Made by a program: the position numbers and the translations under genes. A stretch of 63,795 bases of DNA, counting the filler, from Phoronis australis (lineage: Eukaryota > Animalia > Phoronida), in the NCBI GenBank assembly GCA_002633005.1. It is 5 parts of 5 records of this genome, joined end to end, with 100 filler letters (N's around TTAATTAATTAA, not from the genome) between each part and the next. Parts side by side here need not be neighbours in the genome. Positions count along the whole stretch, not along the records: positions 27,869 to 39,624 come from NMRA01001461.1; positions 39,725 to 58,796 come from NMRA01000060.1; 3 more parts are not named here. One strand, written 5' to 3'. Of this stretch, positions 34,051 through 47,600 are shown one piece after another (positions within the stretch are counted from its first letter, which is position 1; each line of letters begins with the position of its first letter). The notes below the pieces were generated by a model that saw only the letters and a list, made by a program, of their open reading frames with translations, was not told where the DNA came from and did no database searches.

Positions 34051-36209
34051 ATGTGGAGCTGTCCTGGGTGGCGCAGGAAAGATATAAGTGGGCTATACAC
34101 CGAGCCCAGTATACTGCACCGCCCATGGAGCTTATATGTTTTTAAAAATACTTTGCGTTTGATGTTAGATAGAAAAACGCGACGACAGCAGAAATTTCTC
34201 ATTAACAAACGTCCTAGCAAAAATTGCATTTCACATTTGAATTGATACGGCCCATACAGACGTTTGTGTCATTTTGGGAAATGATTCCTGACATTGTTTT
34301 GAGTGTAAGAGGCTCACCTTGTAATAATCTTCTTAACACAAATAAAAACTCGATAAAACGTTTGATTGCTTCAAAATACTTTAATGTTGATTTTGTAAGA
34401 GGAAGCTGTAATTTTTAGACGATTAGTTACTTATTGAGTTAGATTCCACGAAGATGAATAAAGTCAAATCATTTACGCTCGGTCTGTGCCTTTATGCCTG
34501 CAAGAAGAAAAGATCGCGCATGACTCAATAAGTTGGCAGTGACTGATTCTGTTGAAATGAAACATCCATCTCTCAGCAACTCTCGTAATATATTGGAGGT
34601 GTACATGTTCAAGCACAGCAGTTTGAAATGATTCAAGATTAAAATTTGTTTCATCACAAAAGAATTCAAATTACAGAAAGTGTGCAATTTTATCGTGGGT
34701 GTTTACATTTGGTACGCACGTTGGACAATGAGGAGTAACGCATCAGAATATATTCACTAGGTAGCAATACCCACTAAACCTCCTGCAGGCCAAAGTCTAC
34801 TTGCTGTTTTACCAATGCCAGAAGCGCAGAGGCCGATATTAACAAAAATTAACTCCCAGGGTATATAACTCACTCGCTTCATTCTACAAATATGAACACA
34901 TTGTGTTCATATTTGTAGAATATATATATACATATATATATATACATACATAGAATATATAGTATATACATACGTGTATCTTGTTTTAACTGGTATCCAA
35001 GACATGGTTCCATCATGGACGAGCAGAGGTCATGCATGTAAATAAGGTATTGACAGCAAGCGCCAAAACCATGACCCCAGACATCAGTCGGGATGCAGAC
35101 GACTCGACAGATCTCCCAATGCTACTTCGGGGATCTGTTAACCACAAACAAATATCATCGTCATTTGTCGCACATTACGGGCAGTTGAATAACTATAGTA
35201 TATAGAATCGTTGTTGGCGAACACTAGGCACCCACTAAATGCTTGTGCCATGGTTTAAGTTAAATCGCACACTTTCATAAAACCTGGCGGCTGTATAAAT
35301 TGTATGGTCTTGCCGTTATTGATGTCTTGTTGCGCGGGAATGCTACGAACGGAATGAGGTGTTGTTGATAAAAACAAAGCAGGTAGTGAACCCACGATTT
35401 GCCAAGTAGTAATATGCCATCTTAACTGATTAAACCTTGGATTTGAATGCACCAACGAATTCAGATGCAACCCAGGCACTTTTAATTTGCAAAAAATGAT
35501 CTGATTGACACAAATTTTTCAAATGATTTTAATAAACTGGAGTGTTTTGTCTCAGTTTGCCACTTCATTGTTGGTGCATGTAAATGGTGTCTTTATTAAA
35601 GTATTTGTTTGTACTTGCAGTACATGTAGCTATCAATTTGTGGTGGGTTGCTAAATTACTCGCTCTTGTACACCCTTCATTTCGGGATTCGAAAGCCCTG
35701 TGGACTAGTCTAGACGAAGTCTGCAATGCTCAATATCAGCAAAAATCACCAAAGATTGCTAAACGTCACTCAAACCTAATCTAATGGGCCAAAACCCATT
35801 TGAATTTACGTCAAGTCTTTGTATAAATCCAACACAACAAATTTCATAAAGCTGTAGGCCTGCATTGCCAATTTCATCACGTGATGAGTATAAAGGCCCA
35901 ACACAGACAGCCGCCTGTTTCCAGTGTACATTCCCGATTGTCTGCGTGTTTGATTGTTTGAGAATGATTATACAGTAGTTTTCAAAAAAGCCTAATTTCA
36001 TTTTGCAATTGATGTACATCAAGGAAAACTCTCGAGGTAAAACCTACAATTGTAGGTAACTAGCGATTTCCCGGCCAAATTTGAGAGCAAACTCGACAGT
36101 TACATGATACATACCGACCTTTGACCCTGGCATGATGTGGGAAATAGTCCTGTCATTGGTATTTTTTCAGCTCGAGTTTTAGGACCATTTCGACAACCTA
36201 CGTAACTTT

Positions 36210-36823
36210 GGAAGAATAGAAGAATTTTCGTATTCGCGTACAAACACGTACGTTGTATAACACAAACACACGCACACACACACGCACACACACACGCACA
36301 CACACACACACACACATACATATATATATTAATTTGTGTGAGCGCGTGTCTGAGTGTGTGTTTGAGCGCGTTTGTGTGTCTGAGATGCGTAGTTATGTTG
36401 CCTCCATATGCAGATAACTAATACTGTTTTCATTTTCTGCTATATTAATTTATATGTGCAATAATTAATTTACAGTTTTCCGAATAATTTGTAATTATTA
36501 CGATTTCTAAGTATTAAATGTTATGTATACTATTTACCTATGAACGTAAAATAAAATTTAAAGTGAAACGTTTATCTGGTGAGAGAATCTAGACCAATAC
36601 CTTGTGTTGCTGCAGCGTACACTGTGTTTGTCAGTTCTCCCTAACATGTCCAACACCTACAATTTTTTTAATTTTTTCTCGCAAAAGCGCCACACCGTCA
36701 AAATATCCCGCTTGTTGACACGCGGCAAAATTTGCCTATTGTCATGTATNGGAAGAATAGAAGAATTTTCGTATTCGCGTACAAACACGTACGTTGTATA
36801 ACACAAACACACGCACACACACA

Positions 36824-36865
<42 letters not shown>

Positions 36866-37297
36866 TATATATATATATTAATTTGTGTGAGCGCGTGTCT
36901 GAGTGTGTGTTTGAGCGCGTTTGTGTGTCTGCGATGCGTAGTTATGTTGCCTCCATATGCAGATAACTAATACTGTTTTCATTTTCTGCTATATTAATTT
37001 ATATGTGCAATAATTAATTTACAGTTTTCCGAATAATTTGTAATTATTGCAATTTCTAAGTATTAAATGTTATGTATACTATTTACCTATGAACGTAAAA
37101 TAAAATTTAAAGTGAAACGTTTGTCTGGTGAGAGAATCTAGACCAATACCTTGTGTTGCTGCAGCGTACACTGTGTTTGTCAGTTCTCCCTAACATGTCC
37201 AACACCTACAATTTTTTAAATTTTTCTCGCAAAAGCGCCACACCGTCAAAATATCCCGCTTGTTGACACGCGGCAAAATTTGCCTATTGTCATGTAT
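36210..37297. repeat. ~540-bp tandem duplication across a single N (36750), each copy containing a (CA)n(TA)n microsatellite; probably an allelic overlap
   Basis: 36210-36749 and 36751-37297 are near-identical except for microsatellite length and a few SNPs. Confidence 0.85.
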
Positions 37298-38361
37298 TAC
37301 TATAGATTTTGTCGTACCATAGCCCTACTTTCCATTCGACTAAAACTAAAATACGGACTTGAATTGGTTTTTGAGGGACCCTCAATTCCACACTCGACAT
37401 AAAAACAAAAAACGTGACCAGTATCTGCACTGGGTGTACAGTACATTTCTTTATGAAGACTTTTATTTTCCAAAGTTCACTTTCTTTAGTAGCATGACCG
37501 TTGCAAAAATGTGTATCAATTTCTATTTTTAAAGTAACACTACTACTGCTCATTTCAAACAATAAGTTACTTTTATTTTCTAAAAAGGGTTTATTTCTAA
37601 ATCCTTATCAAAAATTTTGCAGTGCCATTGAGAAGAGCTCTACAGAGTGCATTTTAAAGCTGCATGATATATGTTCGCCCATTGTTCATCGATTTGCCAA
37701 TTTAAGATAGATACTTGGACTGTTTTATCACATTTTTCGTAAGTGTTACTGTATTCTGAATGTTTAATGAAAATGCAATTGTATCAAACGGCACCAACGA
37801 TAAAATTAATTTTATTGCCTAGTTTTGGAGGAATTCCTCCCTAAATCATTCACAGCAAGTGTGGGACATTCATATTATAGAACTTTCGTCCTCATATGGA
37901 AGGAATATTTTGAAATTATTTCCTTAGAGGTTAACTTTGCGTTGATATAAGCGATCTGGCTCATTACCGCTGTTATTTGTTCTTCTTTCGGTAACACTCC
38001 AGGTTTTTAAAATTAAAGAGCATTTTCAAACCAGTCAGGTATGCGAAATAATAACTGTTTTTGAATTGCTTTTGAGTTAATTCTTTTATCTTTTCTTTCA
38101 TGAATAATCATCTAGAACTGAGGAAGAACTTTCTAATGATATGATTCTCTTAAAATTCAGTTGAAAGACGGCCGAGTTGCGAAAAGTGCTAACGAACGTA
38201 CCTTTAGATACATGTACATGTACCATAGCAAGTATACACAACAGAACAATTAAATGCAAAAATGTCATACCAGCGCGGCGCAAACCCTGCGGCCGCGAGA
38301 TCTGAGTTGAGACAACATGAACTGTCCGCTGATAATAAAACATAGACTAAAATTCACTTAC

Positions 38362-38643
38362 ATCCTCTGCAGAATGGGATACCACAATAATCCCTCGCAG
38401 GGAACTGTCCTTCTATGAAACACCAGGGACCATCCGGAGAGTCGTCTAGATTACGACAAAAGTTAGACCTCCGTACAGATTGTGGTAACTGGAAATAAGT
38501 CTCCTCAGCTATCGCACTCCGCATCAATCTATAGACTACATCATCATCCGACCAACTTGTGCATGTGAGACCTTTCTTGGTGGTAGATTTCGATCCTTTA
38601 TAATCATGTCCCAACTTGGTTTTTTTACAGGTTATTCCGCTTA
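38362..38643 (-). CDS. Kringle domain exon
   Basis: 282-nt phase 1-1 exon (cttgcag / gtaagt) with six Cys and kringle motifs GxDYxG…TxxGxTCxxW…NFCRNLD…GPWCF…DYCxIPxC. Confidence 0.9.
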
Positions 38644-41600
38644 CTGCAAGAATGTAAATTAGCACAAATGTACCGCGTTGTTGAAGGCATCTGAATTCAG
38701 CGAGCACCTATCACGTTGCATGTGACTTAGTACACACGTGTCACTTTTTAGCACTTACTAAATGCATGTGCATTAGTATACAGGTTGCAACGACAATATA
38801 GTAAGCTTTCTAACAAAACTTTGTGCCTTTAATCAATTTTGTATATCACTTTCTTAAATGCATATCATTTAAAGCACGAGCGGCAGTCTTATGACATAAT
38901 TACTTTCATATGTTTTCAAAAATAAGGAGATTGACCGTTGGCTTTGTGCGTATAAGTTACTTACCTCATGATATACAGTGAAACTATGACAAAGTAACAA
39001 CTAACGGGGAGAAAATGCAACAGGGATTTGGCCAACGTGAGCAGACATATTTCNACATAATTACTTTCATATGTTTTCAAAAATAAGGAGATTGACCGTT
39101 GGCTTTGTGCGTATAAGTTACTTACCTCATGATATACAGTGAAAATATGACAAAGTAACAACTAACGGGGAGAAAATGCAACAGGGATTTGGCCAACGTG
39201 AGCAGACATATTTCATTTCACTTTGACTTTGGTATAGTACAGTTACATATGAGGTATATGAATGAGATACCACTTGATTACTTATCTCATTTTCAATATG
39301 AGAGTTAACATTACTCTGGAAAACTACTTGCCAGGAAATAGCAATTTGCTCTTCTATTTACCCTCGTGGGGACACGTGATCACGGTTCGAGAGGTGGCCG
39401 TTCGCAATAATTTAGCCACAAATATGGAAAATTCGAGATAATTTCCAAACCAACATCTGTTGTCAGTTATTTTAATGTTTTGGTTCATATTCCCTTGGAC
39501 AGCGAATTGAATGGAGCACGTTGGTTTTTGAATACATTGTGAACATTTTGGTTAAAGACTCGCGCTACAGTATCAAATGTTTTACTCAAAGGCACTAAAG
39601 CATCTGAAAACTTTTAGCTATTATNNNNNNNNNNNNNNNNNNNNNNNNNNNNNNNNNNNNNNNNNNNNTTAATTAATTAANNNNNNNNNNNNNNNNNNNN
39701 NNNNNNNNNNNNNNNNNNNNNNNNGGGCCTCTGACCTAGAAAGTAGTTACAAAGCCGTGGAGAGTCAGAAAAGGTAAATCGATTCATTGCAATGTTTCTC
39801 GTTTAGTATGTGGTATAAATAGATTATTACATGTTCTCAGCCGTTATCCCCCTTATCTAGAGCCCTCGTGGATTTTGGAGAATTATCACCCTCGGGGCTA
39901 ACGCCCCTCGGGCGATAATTCTCCAAAATCCACTCGGGCTCTAGATAACGGGGGGATAACGACTTCGCCATGTAATAATCTATATGTAGGCCAGATTTAC
40001 GTTGCGCTGTAAATGTTTAAGCGTTGTCAGAGCACACTGATTATTTCAAGCACATTTTAAGTGCTTTTATTTAAAATTACTTAGAATGGGAAATCCATGA
40101 GTTTCAAAATGTTTAATGATATGGCGTGACCGCATTTCTATTTCTATTTGTGGGTTCGTTATTAGTAGGCAATTACTATTTAAGCGTTCGTCATGGTAGC
40201 GTTATTTCAGACGTTTCAGTAGCGTACCCAATGGAAATAAAAAGTTCTATTTTTCCTGGTCAATCGACAACTTTATTGTTGGATTGGATAGACTTCTTGA
40301 ACTTTTCTTGCCGAGAATGTCTTTAAATAACTGGTTAGGGCGTGTTCGTGTGTCACTTTCCATCAAGCGTATTCGAGACAATATACAATTATTAATTTTA
40401 ATTCAAAGAAAAGATAATTAAGAACGAGGTGCTGTTGCTTAGGAAGAGCAAATGCGTCTGTGAGGAAAGTTGATATTTTACCTGACTACCGAAATTTGGA
40501 ATTAAACTCTTTACAACATTTGTTAAATCTTCAAGGGTTACTTACGACTTTAGTTAATGCCTTGGTTTCATACCTGATACATAGCATGATGGCAGTTTTT
40601 TATCGGATCCATAAATGTAGCTCCGATTGGCGAGTTTTGAAGCCATTATCTACTATACTGCGATAATTGTCAGGCTGTCGGCCGTAGTGACCAGTTTTTC
40701 TGTCAAAAACTCATCCACTACTCGTCGGAAGATTTAGGTGGCCAAGGAAAGAGCAACGACGGTGGGGGAAGACCAACTACATCTGAACCAAAATATCTAT
40801 TTTGACACGATACATTTGTGTTGTTAAACACATGACACAACACAGTTTCAGTCCCTTTAGTTACAGAAATACATACATGTAATTACTCCAGATAGATTTC
40901 CAGTAGCTGTAAATACTTTGCCTACAAAGTCGTAAGGGGCTTTGGGTAAACTAGTGTAGTTCCGGTCGCAATCATTGTCAGTTCCATTTAGAGACTAGTA
41001 TATTTGTAAAATTCTTTGAAACTGATTAGAAATATTTGATAAACGAGTGTAACCGGAGAAACTGTTTTTCACGTGCTATTTGCTTTCTCGGTACTGTCAA
41101 TAATCCCACGATCGCCAATTTCAGGCACCCAGAACCGTGATAATGAAATGTTACCTTCCTCACATGTCGTTCCTTTAAATGCCGGTGGACAAATACATTT
41201 CCCGGTGATATCGTGGCAGATTCCACCATTCATACAGATTGGACACGAATGTTGACAATAGCCACCATACTTTCCACGAGGACAAACTGAAATGGGTATG
41301 AAGGCACTGCGTTTTTAAATTACGTAACAAAAACGACGCACATAGAATGAACAGGTACCAACAATTATTCAAAAATGCACATGTTAAATAAAATGCGTTG
41401 GCAATGTTTTCGTTTTCTTCTATGATCCAACCAAATGACGAGCATCAATAAACAACACATCTGCAGCAGAATGATTCGTGATAGAGACATTGAGATATTC
41501 GACAAAACGGCCGTATACGTCGATGATTACGGATGTAGGGACTGGACGCGATCAACTGGTAATGAAAGGCATCAGCTACGGCAATCTTGCGTTGCTGGCT

Positions 41601-44600
41601 CACGCCTAACAAGCAGCTGAACAGTGTTTCAACGTCACAAACGGCCTTACCGTGACAAGGACAGGTTTTTACTTAATCACTTTGTGACTTTCAGTGCTTA
41701 GAAAATCGGGAAATGACTGTTCTTCTCAATCCCGATGACTCTTTTTACACTTGCTCAGCTGTTGTTAAAATAGCCTTTATACCTCCAGAACCTTTCCTCA
41801 TTTTATATACATACGTCTGTTCCCCAAGTTTATCAGCTGGTACTGCGGTCTTGCCGTCCGAGTGTCGGCAGGCGTGCGCAACTTTGAACAGTTTTTTCGT
41901 AGCATTCTCGACAGGTGCTCCATACACAATAGTTTTCAAAGTAAACTAGAAAAATGTAGGCTGGGCGTTTTCAATTTTGAATAAACATGTCAGAAGTATT
42001 GGGCACCTAAATCGAAATTTTGTGTGACGCTATTTTGCCTAGACACTAATTTGTTTATCTGTGAACAGAGTCATTTTGCAGTAAGTTGTCGCGATTTCGG
42101 TGAAGAAATTGATATATTTTCAGAAAAGAGAATAATCGAGAATTCTAAAAATATGTTTCTCACTATTGTGTCTCTATTATTGTCACGTAACCGCGTTTTT
42201 AAGTCAAATTTTCATGTGCAAAAAAGGTACATTCATAGCAAAATATCCCCCAGCCGATTTTATTTAAACTTATGAAAACTTAACGTTATGTCTCAAATAA
42301 TTTGTTGGGATTTTGCTTCAAAATATCTAGTTATTGCTTCCTGGGCAATATATGAATAAGACCGCTGTTTTTTACAAAAATGCCTTGTGTTTTCCAGTTA
42401 CTTTGCAATAAGACCGACCTAAGTGAATAATCAAAACATTTCCAACAACGTCTGTGCTTATTCTACTTCTGTGTACCATTTATACTCACATCATCGAGGT
42501 TTCATTGAAGAACTTCAATAGTCTCTTTGAGTTAATCCTAGTCGACACAGTAGGGTGGCTTGGATACTTTACACATGGTTTTACTGAACCCACTCCCTGG
42601 TCTAACAAAACCAGACTTTCAGTCTTTCAAAATAAACACGCTGGGAAATACATGTACAAGTTAAGTCTAAAATTAGACCAGGTTTAGGAAGACCAGGTAC
42701 ATGTATAAGAATTGAACATGGTTTTTTAAGTACCTTTATGAAATCGAATGTAAATGTTAAAGCCAGTCTCCTGTTTCGAGTGTTCATTAAGTGCTAAAGT
42801 TTAACTTTGGTACTTTCAGCTTGCTTTTCACGAATTTCTATGTAATAGCCCATAATTATCATCACTCATATAGGCCAACGTTGTTGGACATATACAGTGT
42901 ACACGTCTCGGGTTGTGGCCGTATCATTACTAACTATGCGGTTTCACGGTAGTCTTTGTATATTGTTTACGACTGTTGAGTGCAAAGATTTCTTAAATGT
43001 GCCATTAGCTGATTGTACCATTAGTGGCCGCCCGGTCATGGCATTTTGTTGTTTTATATAGTTAAGTAACTTTATTACCATCTTTAAAAATCTGTTTCTT
43101 TTTTCTTAACACCTAGGCAATCCCAGTAGACTTTGCGTGGACATGACACAACAGTAAAATCTTACCAATTGTATGATAAGTAGCACCAAATATACTTTCC
43201 CGCGATCAAGCTATGCAACATGGCTCAACAACCGAACTTCAGCTTTACACCTTGACGAAACAACCGAATAAAGATTGTTTCGCGCAACTTGGCGTGATAC
43301 TTAACCTCTTACGATTAGACGTATCATCGTTGGCCACGGTTCAGGGCCACCTTCACAGTAAACTTTGTAAACGCCGCTATCTTCGATTTTTACCCTCAAG
43401 TGCATTTGAGGTTTCCCTTTCCAAAGTGGCTTGGGGTCACCATCTCTGGTCCAACGTATCATGTGTTTACAGTTCCATCTGGTATCGGACACGTTGAACG
43501 TCACATTGTCACCAACACTTGCTCGTATTGTAACATTGTCAGGAGTGAATAAAACTGTGAATAAAAGCATGTCTTCGTTAACGTTTTTACCAATAGTATG
43601 AAAGACCATTGGTTACATGATTCAAATTACGAAAATACCACAAAATCTGTCATCCAGCTTTAATGATAACCCTGTTCTAGATAACGTGTGGTTAGCCGGC
43701 CAAAATCATTAAAATTAGAGTTTGATGGTTGTCATTTTAGAAACAATCAACCAGGTGGTGCAATATGCATCAATTCCATTTGAAAACGTGAAAGTGGCGT
43801 CACCTCCCTAATAGATTCTTTGCCAAATTTCTTGAGGATCCTTTTAGGAACATCGAAGATACAGTGGCAAACGTTAAAAATAAAATTGCCACTAGGGGCA
43901 CACTGTTGAACGGTCCGAAACTTTGTTCATGCCGTCCCATCTATAAAAGGTACATTTCTGCAAAATTTCATGATCATACATAAAGGAGTTTTGGCAATAC
44001 ATGTGCAGCAACGGGCGTCGGACGCCTGACGCCGTACTTATGAAAATTTTTCTGACTTAGATTTGATTCTGTTTCTTTGTACCTGTAAATTAGGTAGTAG
44101 TAAAATCAGTCGTTTTTCATGTTTGTAAGAAATTACAAAATAGGAAAGACTGAAAAGGCAAAAGTTGAGGAAAATAAAAAAATTTGGTAAGAAAACGCTT
44201 TTTCCATCTTCCCAAAGTATTCATTTTGTGTAACGGTTGTTTCCAAATCAATTGCCTTTCAATGTTTTCAAACACTAATGTGCACACTGTTTAACAATAA
44301 GCAAGTTATAAGTAATATAAGTATTTAGTTTTTCGATTTTTTCTTGAGGACAATTTCACTTCCAAGTAAAGAGTGCCAAGTGCATCTCATGTCAATAGTA
44401 TTGTCATATTACAAATTTGAATGTGCTAGACTGAGGAGGGGCGAAAAAAACAAAAACCACCTTCTCTAGCGCAGTCTTAGTTCTTCGGATTCGACATGTG
44501 CTATGCCTCATACCCAATTATTTTAAGGGCTCTGAACATTTCAGTTTTGTTGCGCTACAGTATGTGTACATGTACCGTAAATTTCAGTTTCTAAGGTTAT

Positions 44601-47600
44601 GTCTTTATGACCTTATATTGTAAAAGAACGCCTTGCAATTGACAGAAACACGTGATTTTGAATAAAAGACAATTTTGAACTTTACAACACGAGCAGTTTT
44701 CATTGCTTCCCCATTTAAATCAATATTTTCAAGGTGTCAGAATACGACCCCTGATTTCAGTACAGTGATGATGTAATTTGTTTACTACAGTATAGTGTGG
44801 AACTTTCACGAAGACTAGCATGACAGTGATTAATCCAGTCTGGAATATTCTGTAGACTAGTATATGTTTGTAGAATAATTGGGTAGATTCCGGAAAGCTC
44901 TAGAAAGTGCTTGAACTGGTGAAAAGCTCTAGAACACTCGGCTAAGTCACAACCAAGTGACATATTCGAGAGTTGACAGTGTTACGGTATAAAATAAGTT
45001 TGTTGGTCACTTTCCAAATGCCAACTGAATCCTATATGCAAAGAGGTATTAAGTTGAGCAAATTAAAAAAGAATCACCAAAATCAGACAATGAGAAATTT
45101 ATGCATGTTCTGGTCTATGAACTTCATACACATTTAGAGTTACGAGTAGCCATGTTAATTACAAATATATTATTTTGTTTTCAGTGAAATATTAGCATTT
45201 TGTGTAGTGTACGTATCCGTATATTTTAACATGTGCCTGTTTTCAAAGAATTTACACTTGCATGCCGTTTTTTTGTTTTCTTTGAATAGATTTGGTAAAT
45301 GAACTAACTCTCAGCAGATTCTAATATTTTTTATAAACATGACAAGTCCTTTGAAATGCAGTGTACGTACCCCTGTGTAGTTTACAGGTACGTACCTTCA
45401 ACCTCTGGGCTACAAAGTATTGCCCAAAAGTATTTTTACATACTGCTGTTTTCATAAATAATACTGATATTTCAAACTTGCTTCCAGTCTGACAAAAAAC
45501 AATGGACATTATCAAATTTGTAGATAATAAAATGCCACACAGGACTTGGCTGGTAAAATCCTAGAAGACACGTCATGTGACAACTGATGTTGCAGAGTCA
45601 GGTTCTCTATCTCTCAAGACAATTTGGAACAAACCAACAGGTAGAGGCAGCACAAAACTCGAGACAATCCCATACATTTGTAGCTTAGTCACAAGTTGAC
45701 GTTGATTGACTGTGTGTGTGGGGTACGTACCCACCAACCAGTAATATTTGTTACTGGACCTTATTGCGCTATTTTGACCAACTGGTGAATATATTGGAAA
45801 GTAGGTAAATAGCAGCGCTAAAGTTTTTGAAAAAAAGTTGTTATTTGTCATTTTCTTTTTGTCAAAATCATATTGCAAGAGAAGTTCTCATTATACTGTG
45901 TTAAGATACGCAATGTATCATCATTTAGAACAACTTGATCAGCACGGTAATAACTGTTCTTACTTTAGTATGTGATACTTGTTCAATTTGATCAATAATT
46001 TATTAAATTAACAGCTACCTAACGATAGAAGTGGGCTGTGACCATAAGTTGTAGTGTACGTACCTTTTTATACAACTGTGATGCATTAGGCCATGAAATT
46101 TTATTCGGTGGTTCTTGGGCAAAATATTTTAGATTGCAAACTTGGATTGATGGTACTTTATAACAACCCAGCTTTTACAGTTATGTGACAACCTCCATTT
46201 TTCACCAAAAGTGGCCGCCGAACATAGACCTTTCTTGTGATTTGCCCGATTGCATTAGTCTATAAATAACCAAGCACGGGTTTGTATTCGTCAGGAAAAG
46301 CAGTTCAGCAGTCGGAGTGAAGTAGTTCAACAGTTAAGCACTTAAAAGTTGCAGTGAAAAGAATCAGCTGTTACAGCGATGGCAATAGAGAGTCAGACAT
46401 AAAGACAGCAGGTTATTGGAATCAGCGAATGTAACAGTTGCTGAACGTGTTTCAGAAGTTCATAACACGTCAAGGTTTCGCAGCACTGGTTGGAGCATAG
46501 AACAGACATTACATCAGACGTTTTGTTTGAGTAAGCTTGTGAACGTACGGTCGTCGGAACGGAAAGGACACTCAAGTACAAGCACTGCCTTAGAGAACTT
46601 AAGTACTTTGCAAGTTCTTTTCTATTATATTAACACTGAAAATTTGGACCTGCACATATGGATAATTCTGAAAAAAATACACGAGGAATCGAAACTTACC
46701 AGTTTAAACAATGATCAATTTAAGAAATATGTCAAATGCAAGTGGCTTCCCTGGAAGCATACATACATATGTGTATGTGACCTAGCTTTTCATTGGTTAC
46801 TGTGAATCTATTAGCCTCACAATAACAACATGTACTAATAGTGGTTTGTACGTGATTGTTTTGAATCAGTGACTTTCTTAGCTACATTGCTGTCATAAAC
46901 CAAGACTAAAGAGATTAGAAATAATCAATTTTGGGCTTGGCGTCCTCCAAATATTGACAGGCTTAGATTACTGTTATACGTACATGTACGTGTTGTTTGC
47001 GTCTAACATGACTTTGCTACCAGGCTTTTATTTGGAAAACTTCTCAAGGTTTGGTCTGCTGGCTATTAAAACATATGTATTTCAGTGTGCGTACGTGCTT
47101 TAGAAACGGTTTAGTGATCTATCATGTGACTTACTGTCTTGCGTCTGGGGAGCCACGGCGATCACTTTTGAATAAAGATTCTCGTTGTTTCCAATGTACG
47201 TGCAAAAGAAAACACCATATCTTTTATACATGGTTTGTGCAGCTGAAGGGGTATTCGTCGATGGTTTTCCAAACTCTCCAATAATCAGCTTTGCACTGTC
47301 TCTTGAACTTGTATTGCCGCCTCCGAAACATTGAATGGTCTTTGATCTAGTGTTCACAACACTGCTGATGTCGTACAGGGTATCTGTAACACGTTTTAAC
47401 ACTATAAACCCGCTGTATTCTTATAGTAAAGTAGCAGTGAAGGTTCCAGAAGATGAAATAACATGGCAGGTCACTAGAAAATCGAGGTTCGTTCGCTTAT
47501 ACATGTAGATGTATAAATGTATGTGCAATGATCAAGTTGTGAATAACTCGCTTATCTCAAACCTTATTTAGTGGCCTCCATCCAAAGTCGTACATACATC

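Noticed and set aside
36210-39214. Tandem duplications interpreted as real segmental duplications
   Set aside because: Each junction is a single N and the copies differ at allele-like levels, so they are best explained as contig overlaps.
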